From assembly GCA_012026655.1 (NCBI GenBank), contig JAAILG010001022.1, positions 1 through 64,000 of the forward strand: a stretch of DNA of 64,000 nucleotides. Reading direction: 5' to 3'. Position 1 is the stretch's first letter; the number at the start of each line of letters is the position of its first letter. Below are positions 1 to 11,894 of the stretch, piece by piece. The notes below the pieces were generated by a model that did no database searches, had not been told where the DNA came from, and saw only the letters and a list, made by a program, of their open reading frames with translations. This DNA is from Hydrolagus affinis (taxonomy: Eukaryota). The position numbers and the translations under genes were made by a program.

Positions 1-300
1 TCAGTTGGAGGAGGAAGGACCTTGAATTTCACTTGGGTTGTTTGCAGAATGGAGAGGGAATTTTGATTTATTTTTCTGACCCAAATATCTGTTACTTTTG
101 ATAGTTTTGTTTGGGATTTCTTTTTGCCCAAAATCTATGATTTGCAGTGTGCGACTGGCAAGTCTCACATTGATTCATTTGTATCTCTTCTAATGCGGTT
201 ATACAGTGTGTGAATTCCCAACAGCAACAGTGGCAGGGACTTCATGTCCCAGAGTGCTTGTGACATACGAAGCAATATATATTGATGTTTCCCGAGTTTT

Positions 301-630
301 ATAATAATAATAATAATAATAATCCTTGCATTTGATATAGCGGTTTTCACATCTTATCGACGTCTCAAAGTGCTTCAGAAAATATACTGTAAAGTAAATT
401 GATTGTATATTTGTGGGCGAAACGCAGCAGCCAATTGTGCACAGCAGTGTCCCACAAACAGTCATGGATCGAAATGACCAATTTTTTTTATTGTGGGGTT
501 TTTTTTGGGCCAGATTATTATTAGGTGTGCGGAGTAAGGAAACTTGCCTAAGGTTTCGTCCTGATCTGCCTGGATTAGAACACAGGTCTCACGCTTGTAA
601 GACGAGTGCTCTAACCACTGAGCTACGGGA
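301..630 (-). mobile_element. tRNA-derived SINE, main family, near full length
   Basis: Reverse complement shows the A-box TAGCTCAGTGG, a B-box-like TTCTAATCC, the body TGTGGGACACTGCTGTGC and a (TTA)n tail; matches many other copies in the window. Confidence 0.93.
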
Positions 631-1350
631 AACCCAAAGGCTAAATGTGTGCAGCATCTATAATCAGCCTCGTTAAATAGGAGTGGTTCAGTGTGCAGCT
701 CTTCTATGTCTCTCAAATCAGCTTGCCATATCTGGAGCATAAATCTGAATCTGTAATAAAAATATGAGCTGAGACACCCAGCTCATTGTTAATGTTATTG
801 ACTTTATGCCATGACTTTTACTTTGTCCCGGGTTGCTTAGTCCACTCGTGCTGTCTTGGTGAACAGTCCTACCCCATTTTGTTGGCTGATTTAACTAGGT
901 TGACCTCCTCATCGACTTGGTATTGGGTAGTAAGAGTGAGAAAGAAAATGCTCATTCCGCTTAAAAATGTCTGCATAATTCACCAGTCGGGTGATTTATA
1001 TACTGAAACAAGACACGTCATGATCCTGTTAACATTCATTATATAAATCTGGTGATGACAGCTTCATGGTTCATTTACCATTCCTCTGTACATGCATTCA
1101 ACACAACCAGTATCATAAAGTCCGCCTCTGAGTCGAGCAAAGTCATTAATGAGTGGCATATCAACTGCTGTAAGGGTGAGATGAGCTTTCTCTATTTCGT
1201 GCCTGTGCTAATGCGTGTTAAATATTCAAACACAATGTCACCTTTTCCATAATGAAATACTCACATCCAAATTATATTAAAATTGCAACATAGACAGGCC
1301 AGTGAGGTACAATTAAACAAACACTGTTCCGAATATATACAAGGAGCTAA

Positions 1351-1630
1351 ACAACAACAAACGTCTGGGACGGGGAAAGAGGGGGTTTTGGAGTGACCGA
1401 TGGTACCGTCAAAGAGGTGGGTCTTGAGGCGGGAATTGAAGGATGCCAGGGAGGGGGAGAGATAGAGGGACTGTGGGATGGAGTTCCAGAGGTTGGGGGC
1501 AGAGTGGCTGAAGGCTCGCCCACCAATGGTGGGGCGGGTGGGGCGGGGGACATGGAGCAGGCTGCAGCCTACTGAACGGAAGGGGTGGGTAGATTGCTAG
1601 GGGGTTAGGAGGTCACAGATGTAGGGTGGC
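1351..1630 (-). mobile_element. LINE2 3' fragment
   Basis: (AAC)n tail; GAGTTCCAGAG...GCTCGCCCACCAATGGT shared with the L2 copy at 32855-33320. Confidence 0.8.
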
Positions 1631-1665
1631 CTCAGCTCACTCTCAGGCCTCAGCTCACTCTCAGG
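1628..1665. repeat. 18-bp tandem duplication (GGCCTCAGCTCACTCTCA x2)
   Basis: Two perfect adjacent units at the 5' truncation point of the L2 fragment. Confidence 0.9.
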
Positions 1666-1744
1666 ATAGTTTGCACCTGAAGGTAATGACGTGGTTATAA
1701 ACTCTTTAAGTGGAAACTCAAATTTAAGTTCTTCCTTTGATTTT

Positions 1745-1835
1745 AACAACAACAAAATTATATTTATAGAGAGCCTTTCACATCGGGAGGACGCCCCAAA
1801 GTACTAAACAGTTAGGTTTGGGCCCGAGGAGGGAC
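1745..1835 (-). mobile_element. LINE2 3' tail
   Basis: AACAACAAC...GCCTTTCACATCGGGAGGACG tail stem-loop motif. Confidence 0.8.
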
Positions 1836-2066
1836 AGTGACAGTGACTGACAGTGGTCTCATAGTGCTTTTTCTCTCTAGGGAGGTTTTCTAAATGTCCT
1901 GGTTCAATAGATGGGCGATGAATCTTTGTCCTGTACTCTGGTTTGCAGGTTAATGGCATAACTTTCTGCACTTCACAGGTTGTGAAGATGTGGAATTCTC
2001 TGCCCCAAGTGGTAGAATCTTAAAGACATTTTAAAGAGAGAGAGTATTGGAGGGGAGGGCAAAGCC

Positions 2067-2205
2067 AACAACAACAAAGTTACATTTATAGAGCTCCTTT
2101 CACGTCGGGAGGACGTCACAAAGTGCTGAACAATCAGGTCGGGACCCGAGCAGTGGGGAAGAGTCGGGGTAGGGGGAAGGGGAAGGAGAGTGGGAGAGGT
2201 GGAAG
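2067..2205 (-). mobile_element. LINE2 3' tail
   Basis: CCTTTCACGTCGGGAGGACGTC...CAGGTCGGGACCCGAG, closely similar to 57705-57860. Confidence 0.85.
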
Positions 2206-2856
2206 AAATAGAAAATAGAGTTTTTCATGTGTAAGGATATATATATTTTGGGGACACGGCCGGGTGTCTGATACACGAGGAAACCCATCGCCATGCTTCA
2301 GAATATCCAAACCACGGTTGAGATTTCCGTACATCCCACCAACACATGGAAATCCCAGAGAATATACAGTGTGGGACTCGCATAGGGAAAACATCTCTGA
2401 AGTAACCTTTGTTATTTGAAGTCTCACATATTGCTGAGTGTGTCAGATTGGTTGTTTATCCCCTGGCAGACTTGAATGAATTCCACCTTGAGGCTCACAG
2501 CCTGGGTAACTCAGCTCGTGTCTCGGAAAGGCCCAAACTGAGTTAATTGAGGTCTTCAGCTGGAAGGTGCACTTAGGTTGGAAGGAATGTAATTTTTTTT
2601 TAAATGTCGGAGCTTTGTTCCTGACACCCTGAGTGAAAATATTGCTGAGGGCTGCACCAGTGAGCACTGGCTGGCATTTGTGAGTCCTGTTGCTTACAAT
2701 TTTAACTGAATGACCCCCAAAAAAGAGAGAGAGAACAAACCCGACCTCACGAAAGGAACAATACGCCATAGGAGCGAGCCTGTGAAACAGAGGAGATTCT
2801 CAAGCTGACATATTTGCACAGTGCACAAATACACAGGATCATAATTGCTCAACGTT

Positions 2857-3134
2857 GTCCTGTAGCTCAGTGGTTAGAGCCCTCGCCTCACAAGTGTGAG
2901 ACCTGTGTTGGAATCTAGGCAGGTCAGGGCAAAACCTTGGGCAAGTTTCCTTACCCCTTACACGCCTAATAATAATCCCTCCAAAAAAATACACAATAAT
3001 AAAATTGGTCATTTCAATCCACAACTGTTTGTGGGGACAAATATACAGTCAATTCACTTTATATTCTGTGAAGCGCTTTGAGACATCTAGAAGACGTGAA
3101 AAGTGCTATATCAAATGCAAGGATTATTATTATT
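2857..3134 (+). mobile_element. tRNA-derived SINE with internal deletion in the Deu segment
   Basis: Full head and tail; the body jumps from TGTGGGGACA directly to AATATACAG. Confidence 0.92.
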
Positions 3135-3260
3135 AACAACAACAACTTGCATTTACATAGTGCCCTTCACATAGGATCGCGTCCCGGAGCGCTTGAGCGC
3201 TGAAGCATAGGGCGTTCTCCGCAATTTTGGACTGAGGAAGGATCAAGGGAGTTGGAAAGG
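3135..3260 (-). mobile_element. LINE2 3' tail, tail-to-tail with the SINE
   Basis: (AAC)n followed by TTGCATTTACATAGTGCCCTTCAC. Confidence 0.7.
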
Positions 3261-3556
3261 AAATGATTTTGATATGACTGAATACAAGTATTTCATTTGC
3301 AAAAGGGAAAATTATAAAATTGGCAAACCTAGCTGCCCCCCGTGACGGTAATGACATTTGGTGCATCTTCAAGGATTCATTTGAATGATGTAGTGAGCAC
3401 TGTTCCAATACTGTATGAGTTGTTGTTTTGAACCGGGAATATGCTTGCATTAATTCAGTTGTGACGTGACACCCGAATTAGCAAGGTCCTCAAACTTGCT
3501 TATGATTCTGCAAACAAAATAGGTTTTGTGGAAACTTGTGGTAATCTAGGAATTTA

Positions 3557-3926
3557 TAATAATAATCCTGGCATTTGATAAAGCGCCTTATCACATTTTT
3601 GAGACGCCTCAAAATGCTTCACAGAATATACTGTAAAGTGAATTCATGATAGTTTGTGGGCAAAACGAGGCAGCCATTTGCACACAGCAGTATCCCATAA
3701 ACAATGGTGGATTGAGTGACCAAATTATTAGAATTTTTTTTGAAGGGATAATTGCCCTCAGAAAAGCGATCAGCCAATTTACTAACAACCAGGTTCCTAC
3801 TTGCTGCTAAGTAAACAGAGGCGTTTGGAATAAGGAAACTTGCTGAATGTTTCTCCCTGCTGGGAATCGAAACCAGGTCTTCTCGTTTGCGAGGCAAGTG
3901 CTCTAACCATGAAGCTTCAAGACTCC
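3557..3926 (-). mobile_element. tRNA-derived SINE, longer/older subfamily
   Basis: Same head and tail as the main family, plus an extra internal block after ACGCCTCTGTTTAC shared with 26174-26525. Confidence 0.85.
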
Positions 3927-4419
3927 ATTTGAGCATGGAAGATTAATAGCATTTTGTAGGAATTTTCTTTGTTGTAACAGTAGTGGGCTATACTAGTGTT
4001 TCGAACAAGATTGCAATGTTGCATGCTCAAAGCTAGCTTTCACTTTGTAAGTTTAATGGTGGAAGCAAAACCATATTACAGTGACTGATAGCTCAATAGC
4101 TTTTTAAATGTTCCAGTAGTTTATTATACAGATATAAAAAAACTGGTGACTAAAGGGAACCAGCAGATAGTTGCGTATTGAAGTAATCAAAATCCTAAAT
4201 TCCGAACCTATCTTTGGTAGGTATTCAGTGAGTAGATTAAGTTCCATTTCATAACCTGCTCTGTAATAAAGGTGAGTGATCACTCAATGTAAAACAAAAC
4301 AAAAGGCTAAAACCATGGAGGATTAGGATACTATTGTGCTGGTTCACTGACATGTTGTTCTGTTTGCAACAATTTCACAACTGAAGCAATGTTTTGCATT
4401 CCTTGCAAATTTCCTAACC

Positions 4420-4627
4420 TTAATGCCCTCCCTAGCGTCCTTCAAGTTCCGCCTCAAGACCCTCCTCTTTGACGATCTCATTGGTCACCCCAAATCCCCC
4501 CATTTCCCTCCACCTTCCCCGTCCCTGACTGTAGCTCAGGTCTGAAACAATGGCTGTCCAGCACCTTGGGACGTCCTCCTGACGTGAAAGCTATACAAGT
4601 GTAATTTTATTGTTGTTGTTGTTGTTG
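4420..4627 (+). mobile_element. LINE2 3' fragment
   Basis: CCTTCAAGTTCCGCCTCAAGACCCTCCTCTTTGAC (FKFRLKTLLFD, ORF2 end) and a (TTG)n tail. Confidence 0.85.
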
Positions 4628-4659
4628 AATCATCGTCATTTTGTGCAGAAATCACCTTT

Positions 4660-4718
4660 GGTTTGTTGTTTTGCCTTCCAACCAAGCCATTGACTGAACG
4701 TCAGTCAGTTTGTATAAT
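4660..4718. repeat. 59-bp dispersed duplicate, copy 1
   Basis: 56/59 identical to 5658-5716. Confidence 0.9.
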
Positions 4719-5094
4719 CGTAGCAGAATATGTTTGAAACCAACGCTGCCTCTAAATCCAGGTACTGTACACCTCTTTCAAACATTCAATCCTAATTACA
4801 GGAGTAGCACCTTTGTTCATCTGTTAATTGAATGAATTAACATATGAACTCTCTGATATTGAGATACTGTGGCCTAAACCATTGACTTACTTTTTTTTTA
4901 TTCAGAAAGCCTTGTGAACAGATACAGATTGTATCTTGAGCTGGATTGAATAAGCAGGTCTCGGATATAAAGCTGATTATAAGCAGGAATTGTTTTTGTA
5001 CAATGATGCATTCCTTTTTTAAATCAAGTAACAAAGGTCACCCAAGTCTCCCAGAACACCAGAAATATCCTTTCCCCATTCACCAAGTGACTAT

Positions 5095-5412
5095 AATAAA
5101 TAATAATAATCCTTGCATTTGATATAGCATTTTTCACGTCTTCTAGACGTCTCAAAGCGCTTCATATACTGTAAAGTGAATTGACTATATATTTGTGGGT
5201 GAAACACGGCAGCCAATTGCGCACAGCAGTGTCCCCCCAAACAGCCATGGATTGAAATTGACCAATTTTATTATTGTGTTTATTTTTGCGGGGCTTATTG
5301 TTAGGCATGTGGAGTAAGAAAACTTTCCCACGATTTTGCCCTGACCTGCCCGGATTTGAACACAGGTCTCACGCTTGCAAGGCAAGTGCTCTAAATACTG
5401 AGCTACAGGACT
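5095..5412 (-). mobile_element. tRNA-derived SINE, main family, full length
   Basis: Head, body and tail all match the family. Confidence 0.94.
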
Positions 5413-5657
5413 ATTATCTCCATGCAGTTATTTACTACAGCACACTACCACTTTCAGGAGACGGTAGAAGAAAATAGAAGTGGGTAAGGGAGAAAATAGA
5501 ACCACCAATGTGTTATCGTTGTAATTTTTATGCTGAAATGTTTCTGCAACCTTAAAGAGTTAATATCACCGGACAGTCTCATTGTGATAAGGTGGCTGCA
5601 GATATACAGGGTGCAGTAAAGCTATCTTTAGCAGGTAGTGATGAATGACCAAGAATC

Positions 5658-5716
5658 GGTTTGTTGTTTTGCCTTCCAACCAAGTCATTGACGGAACATC
5701 AGTCAGTTTGTATAAT
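5658..5716. repeat. 59-bp dispersed duplicate, copy 2
   Basis: 56/59 identical to 4660-4718. Confidence 0.9.
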
Positions 5717-8700
5717 AAAATGCTGGCTGCGATGGATACAAAATGCCATGTCACTTACAGATCAAGACAGATGTCCCTATCTCTGTAGCCTCGGACTCTC
5801 ATTCATTGTGTTCAACGTCAGCTTTTTTATTTGACAAAAAGCAAAGACCAAGTTATTTGCCCGATTCGTATCACAAATCTGAAGTGTGATAAATGATAAA
5901 CCACTCTCACAGAAGGCTTTTAATCCTGAATTACGCCAGTCAGCACTCAGTGGCTTCATTTTAAGAATTTAATATGTAATTTTCGGTACTTGCAATGATT
6001 TGCGTGATATGAGGCAACAATTTCCTTAAACCACTGATAGCTTAAGAGCACATCATGTTCTGAAATTACTGCGTGTTATTCCAGGTGCAACCATGAGCCA
6101 TATAACTATGATGTGCAGCTATTTTCTCCTCGCCCTCCACAATGCAGACAGATGCTCCTAAATGGTTTCGCTTGATTTTGTTTCTCAATGTTGTCCCTTG
6201 AGCTTTAACATGTGGGAGGAATGTCCATTTGCTCCTCACCTCCTGACGAGATTTCAGCATTAGAGTGCCCTGGAAATAGATTTAAATGGGCTCATTAATA
6301 TTTATTTCAGCATGAAATGGCACTTAATGCTGCTGAATAAAATAAGCAAGCTAGTGCCTGAGGTGCTGGGAGACATAGTGAGTCAGTTTGGATGCCAATA
6401 TCCTATTAATAAAACTCAACCTGAGCTTTTGTCAAACAACAGGATGTCTTTGTAAGTCTACAATCAACTCCAATCCAATTTTGGTATTTAGCATCTAAAC
6501 TTTAGACACAAAACTGATTATTAACATGATTATTGCTTCCGTCAAAGGCCCACAAAGTTGTTTGAACACAAGACAGCAGGGTTAATGCTAAAATTTCTAT
6601 GATCAAACTACCACCTAGGGACTGTAGAAAAAGGTCTACATCGCAGTTTGCTTTCAAAGAATATTCTGAGAAGGCTAATGAACGCTATGAAGAATATCAC
6701 CAGTGCAAGCTATCAGTAAGGCCAGACATGAAACGAACTGGAAATCATTGGAATTTAAACAGTAAGTGAGCCTTACAAAGCAAGGTCAGGAATAAAGAGA
6801 AGGGTTCAGGCCAGGCAGTTTGCTCACACGATAAGTGCTTTTATGATCTGACTGTAGTTCTCACAAGGACCATAATTCCAATCTAAACATTTCAATGGCA
6901 AATGGAACATTTGTAAAACTTCAGCGAAAGGAACAGAATTGCTCTCATTGACTGACAGAAGAGAAAATGATTTCCGATCTTTATATTCTGTGACGGCGGT
7001 GCCGGTTTGATCTTATTTGCCTCGAAATCCTTGGGATATTTTTTAAGATCCTTGGATATGATAAGTTGCATTAAGGTATAATGTATTGTACGTCCCCACT
7101 CGGGACTTCCGGTCTCTTTGGCTATTCCAAAACCAGAGCCAGCTGCCGCCAAGATTAACATTGAGAATCTCTTTAGTGTTGAAAGTGCTGGGAGAGTGGT
7201 GTGGTTCTGCTGCATGCTTGATCATTTCTGTAAGTAATGTTCAGTCCTAAGTTCTTCGAGATCATTATCAAGTGGCTGACTGTGACGATGACATTAGTAA
7301 CGGTTTTACTAACGTCAAGATTGCCAGCAATTCTATTGAAACCCTTTTGTCAGGCAACCAGTTGAATTGTACATTTTCACACGGCACAGTGTAGTACTGA
7401 AACCGGTGCCGACAGTATAGTATCTAATTACTGTAATATTGATCCTGAAATCTGAAAATGGCAGCAAAAAATGGCACCATTTCAAATAAAAATAAACATT
7501 CAAAGCTTTATAAGCTCTGGCCCTGACTCTCCCTTCATTTTCTCTTTTTTTCTATATCTTCTCTGTCTTTCTATCTCTTTACTGATAGTTAAATACCTAA
7601 TTTAACAAAATATTTTTCAATGCATTTTACCTCCTTTATAAGATTCATCTTGACTGGCTCAGTTGGTTGAACACCAAATCTGGCACCAGAATGTTCTGGG
7701 TTTGAATTCCAATGGGTTCACTTAGCTACAAAAATTAGTATGTGTAAAATGATCCAACTAAACATTGGGCTCCCTGTCCAAAGAAACTTAACCAACAAAT
7801 ATTTACCCAAAGCATTATTATTGGGTGGGCCAGCTAGTCTGACTTATCAATAACACAGAGATATGTACTTAACTGGGCACTAAATCTTTAAAATCTTTGC
7901 TTATCTACAGCTTGGCACAGCATAGACACTTAAGAATGAGTTTTCAACAGCAGTTGGCTTTGTATAGTTATGCTGTTCAATTCTATTCACGTAGGTTTGC
8001 ACTATAACATATGAAAAATATGCTGTGGCAAACCAGAAGCTACTCTTGAGCTGAAATCTTCCATATTACATTTTGTTAAAATAGTATTTAAAAAAAAACT
8101 CAACAGACAGAAATCTCTTTTTTTTTTTAATTGACCTTGACTTGACTCAAAATGAGGGTTGTTTTGTTTTAATTTCATAAAGATGGGAATTACCATTCAC
8201 ATGAAGCAGTGTATTGATGTGGCAAATATTAATAACACAGGACAAAGAATCGATCAAGCAATTTAACCTTCAACAGCACTGGCTCGAATATATCAAAGGG
8301 TGATTTTTCATAAGCTAGTTTGTGGTACAATTGCACGCAAAATTTCTTGTTGAACAAGAGTTTCATTTTCCCAGCACTAACATCCCTCACCTTGACAAGT
8401 ACAGCATTTCATGCAACAAAAAGTTTTAATAAAGCCTGAGTGGTCAGCCTGCCATTGCTGAACGCTGGGGAAGCCTTTCTGTTTCTATATTTAAGCCTCT
8501 GTTTTCTCTCTGTGTCCTTAAAAGGTTTTTAAAACAAGGACATCACCGAGAGCCAATCATCCCAGTCCCATTATTTCTTTAGGCCAAACCAGATCAACCC
8601 CAATCTTAGGTGAACCACAGCAACAACTATCGAATCCATTAATTTCACTTGCGATCTGAATCCCATCGTAATGAAACCTACATAATTCAGGTCGGTGTCA

Positions 8701-8859
8701 ACTTCCCATTCGGATTTTTGCCCATTGCTTTGCACCTTAAAATAAGATGAATGTGCACCATTTATTGTTGTACCGGTGATCTGCAAAGGCACCACATTAG
8801 TGATGTAAACACCTGGAGTCCATCACAGCAAAATGAAAATGTTCCTGCAAGCTTGCACT

Positions 8860-9300
8860 TCAAATTAAGCGATTCATTTCAACAGTCATATAGAGAGGCT
8901 GTTCATATTGACACCTGACCCAGACCAATATGCCCTTCACGATCCCTCACTTTTCCGCAATGGGAATTAATGGTTTCACAACAATTTAATAAACTGCAGT
9001 TCATGTGTGCAAAGCTGTCAAGATTGTGGCAGAGTGAATCCATTGGCCCAGTGAAGATCAGTCAAGGGCATTGACTTTGTCATGATGATTTACATTGATT
9101 GGAGAGGACAGACTGAAAATTGCAGTCTATTGTATCAATCTCTTATCATTAAGAAAATTGAGTTTCCTACTCCATTAAGCGTAATAAAATTAAATCCACA
9201 CCTTTCCTTCCACAAAGCTTGATGATTAAAAGCGCATTTGGTTTCTCTGATCTTCTGATATGATATTGAAGATGACTATCTCAACATAATGTCATTGTTT
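8860..9300. promoter_or_regulatory. Candidate conserved non-coding enhancer
   Basis: Repeat-free block with Pbx-Hox-type TGATTTAC (9086-9093), Meis-type TGTCA sites and several TAAT cores. Confidence 0.4.
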
Positions 9301-10049
9301 CAGTCAGTATAGTACTTATAGGACTGAACTGATTACAAGGATTAGAGTAGTGTTACCGAAGAGATTAACCTTCCATTAACAACTAAAGCTTTCTACTTTC
9401 TTTTTGTCCTCGCGTATACGTCACATATATGATTGACTCTGTTCAGAGAGTATCTGGTTTGGTGTCTCTGCTCTGACAGTAGATTTATTTTATCGTAGCT
9501 CTTTAACTTGTGCAAATTGGTTTATTCTCGTTTGCTGTGTGTAAACGCACGTGAATAGTTTTGATTCTACTGTTGGCCGAATTGCACAATTCTCCCCATT
9601 CTGATCACTATACAGTATCTACATTCTGAGATCCAGATATACTGAAGGAAAAATATTAGTTTCATTTATAATCTGTAATATTTAGCATTCTGTTGCAAAA
9701 CATTTATTTTTTAAAACAATCAGTTGCTCCTTTGATGGGACATAGAGATTCAGTGAGATTGTGCTTCTTAGAAAATATTTCTGGGGACATTAAAACCTGT
9801 AGTGCAAATGTTTGTAGGCTGTGGATTGCATATATATTAGCCCAAATAAATAGCTTCTCAGATATATACCTCAACCTGAAATGTTTTGAAGAGTATCAAT
9901 AGTACAGGCAAGTGATTTATTTGCACATTTGGGAAAACTAAATAGATTTCGCTTTGGACCTTCATGAGCATTATGAAAAATAAAATGCTCTGCCGTATTC
10001 CAGTGGCAATTCGTCTCTCATTCGCTTATGTCTCGGGCAAAAAAAAAAC

Positions 10050-10160
10050 AGGTTGTCACTAAAAGTGACCTTACCAATCAGTTAAGCAGTCGTTTTTGGT
10101 GCTTGTAAACCCTACTATAAAAAGGTGTGTTTCTTTTTCTTTCCAACTCTCGGTTATTGC
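10050..10160 (+). promoter_or_regulatory. RNA polymerase II core promoter (CCAAT + TATA + pyrimidine-rich initiator)
   Basis: CCAATCAG at 10074, TATAAAAA at 10116-10123, CA initiator at ~10145 (29 nt after TATA), local CpG enrichment, strong donor ~105 nt downstream. Confidence 0.65.
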
Positions 10161-10252
10161 GCGAGCCTGAGAAAGGGAGCCGTAATGTATCTGGCAACAC
10201 ATTCCAGTGCCAGTGAAATACGACTAATCATATTGACAGCTCTGCCGTAAAG
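10145..10252 (+). ncRNA. Putative first exon of a spliced lncRNA or micropeptide transcript
   Basis: Follows the TATA promoter and ends at AAG|GTGAGC (GT at 10253); contains only a 21-aa ORF (10185-10250). Confidence 0.5.
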
Positions 10253-11894
10253 GTGAGCTTGCTGTCTTTCTATGCTTGTATTCCCCGGCATCTGGTGCTA
10301 TTATAAAGGTAGATTGCAACAGTGTTCAACCGTGTAGTTTATGTTTTAGCTGCGGAAGTGTGGAATTTGAAATATCCTCCGGAACATATTTCGAAAGTGA
10401 AAGGCAATATTAAAATGTTATCTATCGTATTGTGGATCAATCCAATTTAGTGAGCTGCTAACCATCAAGATATCTAAATAACTAACAAAACTCTATCTCT
10501 ATGTGTATAATTACATAGCTGCTGACAACTATGACAAGGTCAGAATTTCGCTGTTTGACTTTTAACAATTTATCCACACTGTAACAAGCTATCCATATAC
10601 AGCAGATGGTATGATTTGATTGACTGCTAAATGTCACCCAAGTCCGTGATTTGATTGATAACTCAAAGGTCTCTCATACCTAGTCATTGAATCGGAAAAA
10701 AAATTATTTGTGAATTATTAAAAAGCATCAAAATTCACGTCGAAGAACACCATTGAACCGGATCAAATAGGCAAACTCCAGATTTTAAATGATAAATGAA
10801 CGCATTTTAAAAAAAATTTCACCAGATGAATAAAAAAGGGATCATTAATGGATAAATTAACTTGCAAATCAATAAGTAAATGTTCTGAAATTTCAACAGA
10901 ATGGATTGTGGACTGATTTCCAACCGAATGATTTACATTCCTAATTCAGTTTAGTGAATTATTTAGGGGAGGCATATCCAACTTCAAGATTCATTTGAGA
11001 GAAAATGTAACTTTGCTCTTGTTTATATGCTGTTGGAGCTCAAACCTAGCCCCCCAAAATGGACACCATTGGCTTTGTTTTTCATTAAAAGGTATTACAT
11101 TGCAAGTAATGCAACCAAGGCACCATGTTATTAAGTGCAAGCAAATGTTTCGAGAGACATTTATGGGCTAGAGAAAACTACCATTGCAGTAATTCTGATG
11201 ACAAACAAAATAATATTGCCAGTGTAAAACCACTTGAATTTTCAGTTTGATTCAGTACTCGAAGAAGATTACAGCTACACTTATTCCTAGCACCAGGTCT
11301 GAAGACTTAACACATTGTCTCCCCTGGAATCCTTTTTTTATTTAATGTGTTTTTTTATGGTAATCTACTCCATCTCCCATCCATCTCAAAATGCAAATAA
11401 CACACATGATGCAAGTATTGCCACTAAAGTCTGTTGTTCAGATCACCGTGTCGGGAACAATGGGAAAAACTGTCTTATTTAAAGGGACTATTTTGACCTG
11501 CTAAAACTGAGCACTGCTGTTGAGTACTACATGCTATTTCCCTGTCTAAAAATCCAACTCTAACTTTAATATTGCCACCTCCACTGGCATCTCCCCCAGA
11601 GCAAGATGTCACCTTTAATGCATGGTGCAGAGAGAGAGAGAGAGCTGAAGAAAAAGCTTTTACATAGATCTCACCTAAGATTTAAACTTTAGGCGAGAGC
11701 ACTGAAATAGCTCTGCTACTTACCCAGCTAGGACAACCCTACCTGTTATAGTAGTTAACAGTAGCTGAGAGAGATCCATTGACTGAACTGTGGAGCCAGC
11801 TGGCTAGTCTGTCATTAGCAGTGTCCTGGAATACATTGGTCACAACCCAACTGGCTATCGAGACCACCAAAGTGGGTTGACTTGATGCCGACAT

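Noticed and set aside
413-676. Many 60-150 aa ORFs with recurring motifs ([38 protein letters not shown])
   Set aside because: They are translations of the SINE in different frames, not a protein family
1052-1130. C/D snoRNA-like GTGATGA...CTGA
   Set aside because: No terminal stem and no recognisable rRNA antisense element
8804-8822. miR-30-like TGTAAACA (also miR-1-like TGGAATGTA at ~15142 and miR-302-like TAAGTGCTT at ~6832)
   Set aside because: Seed-length matches only; the rest of the mature sequence and a precursor hairpin are absent
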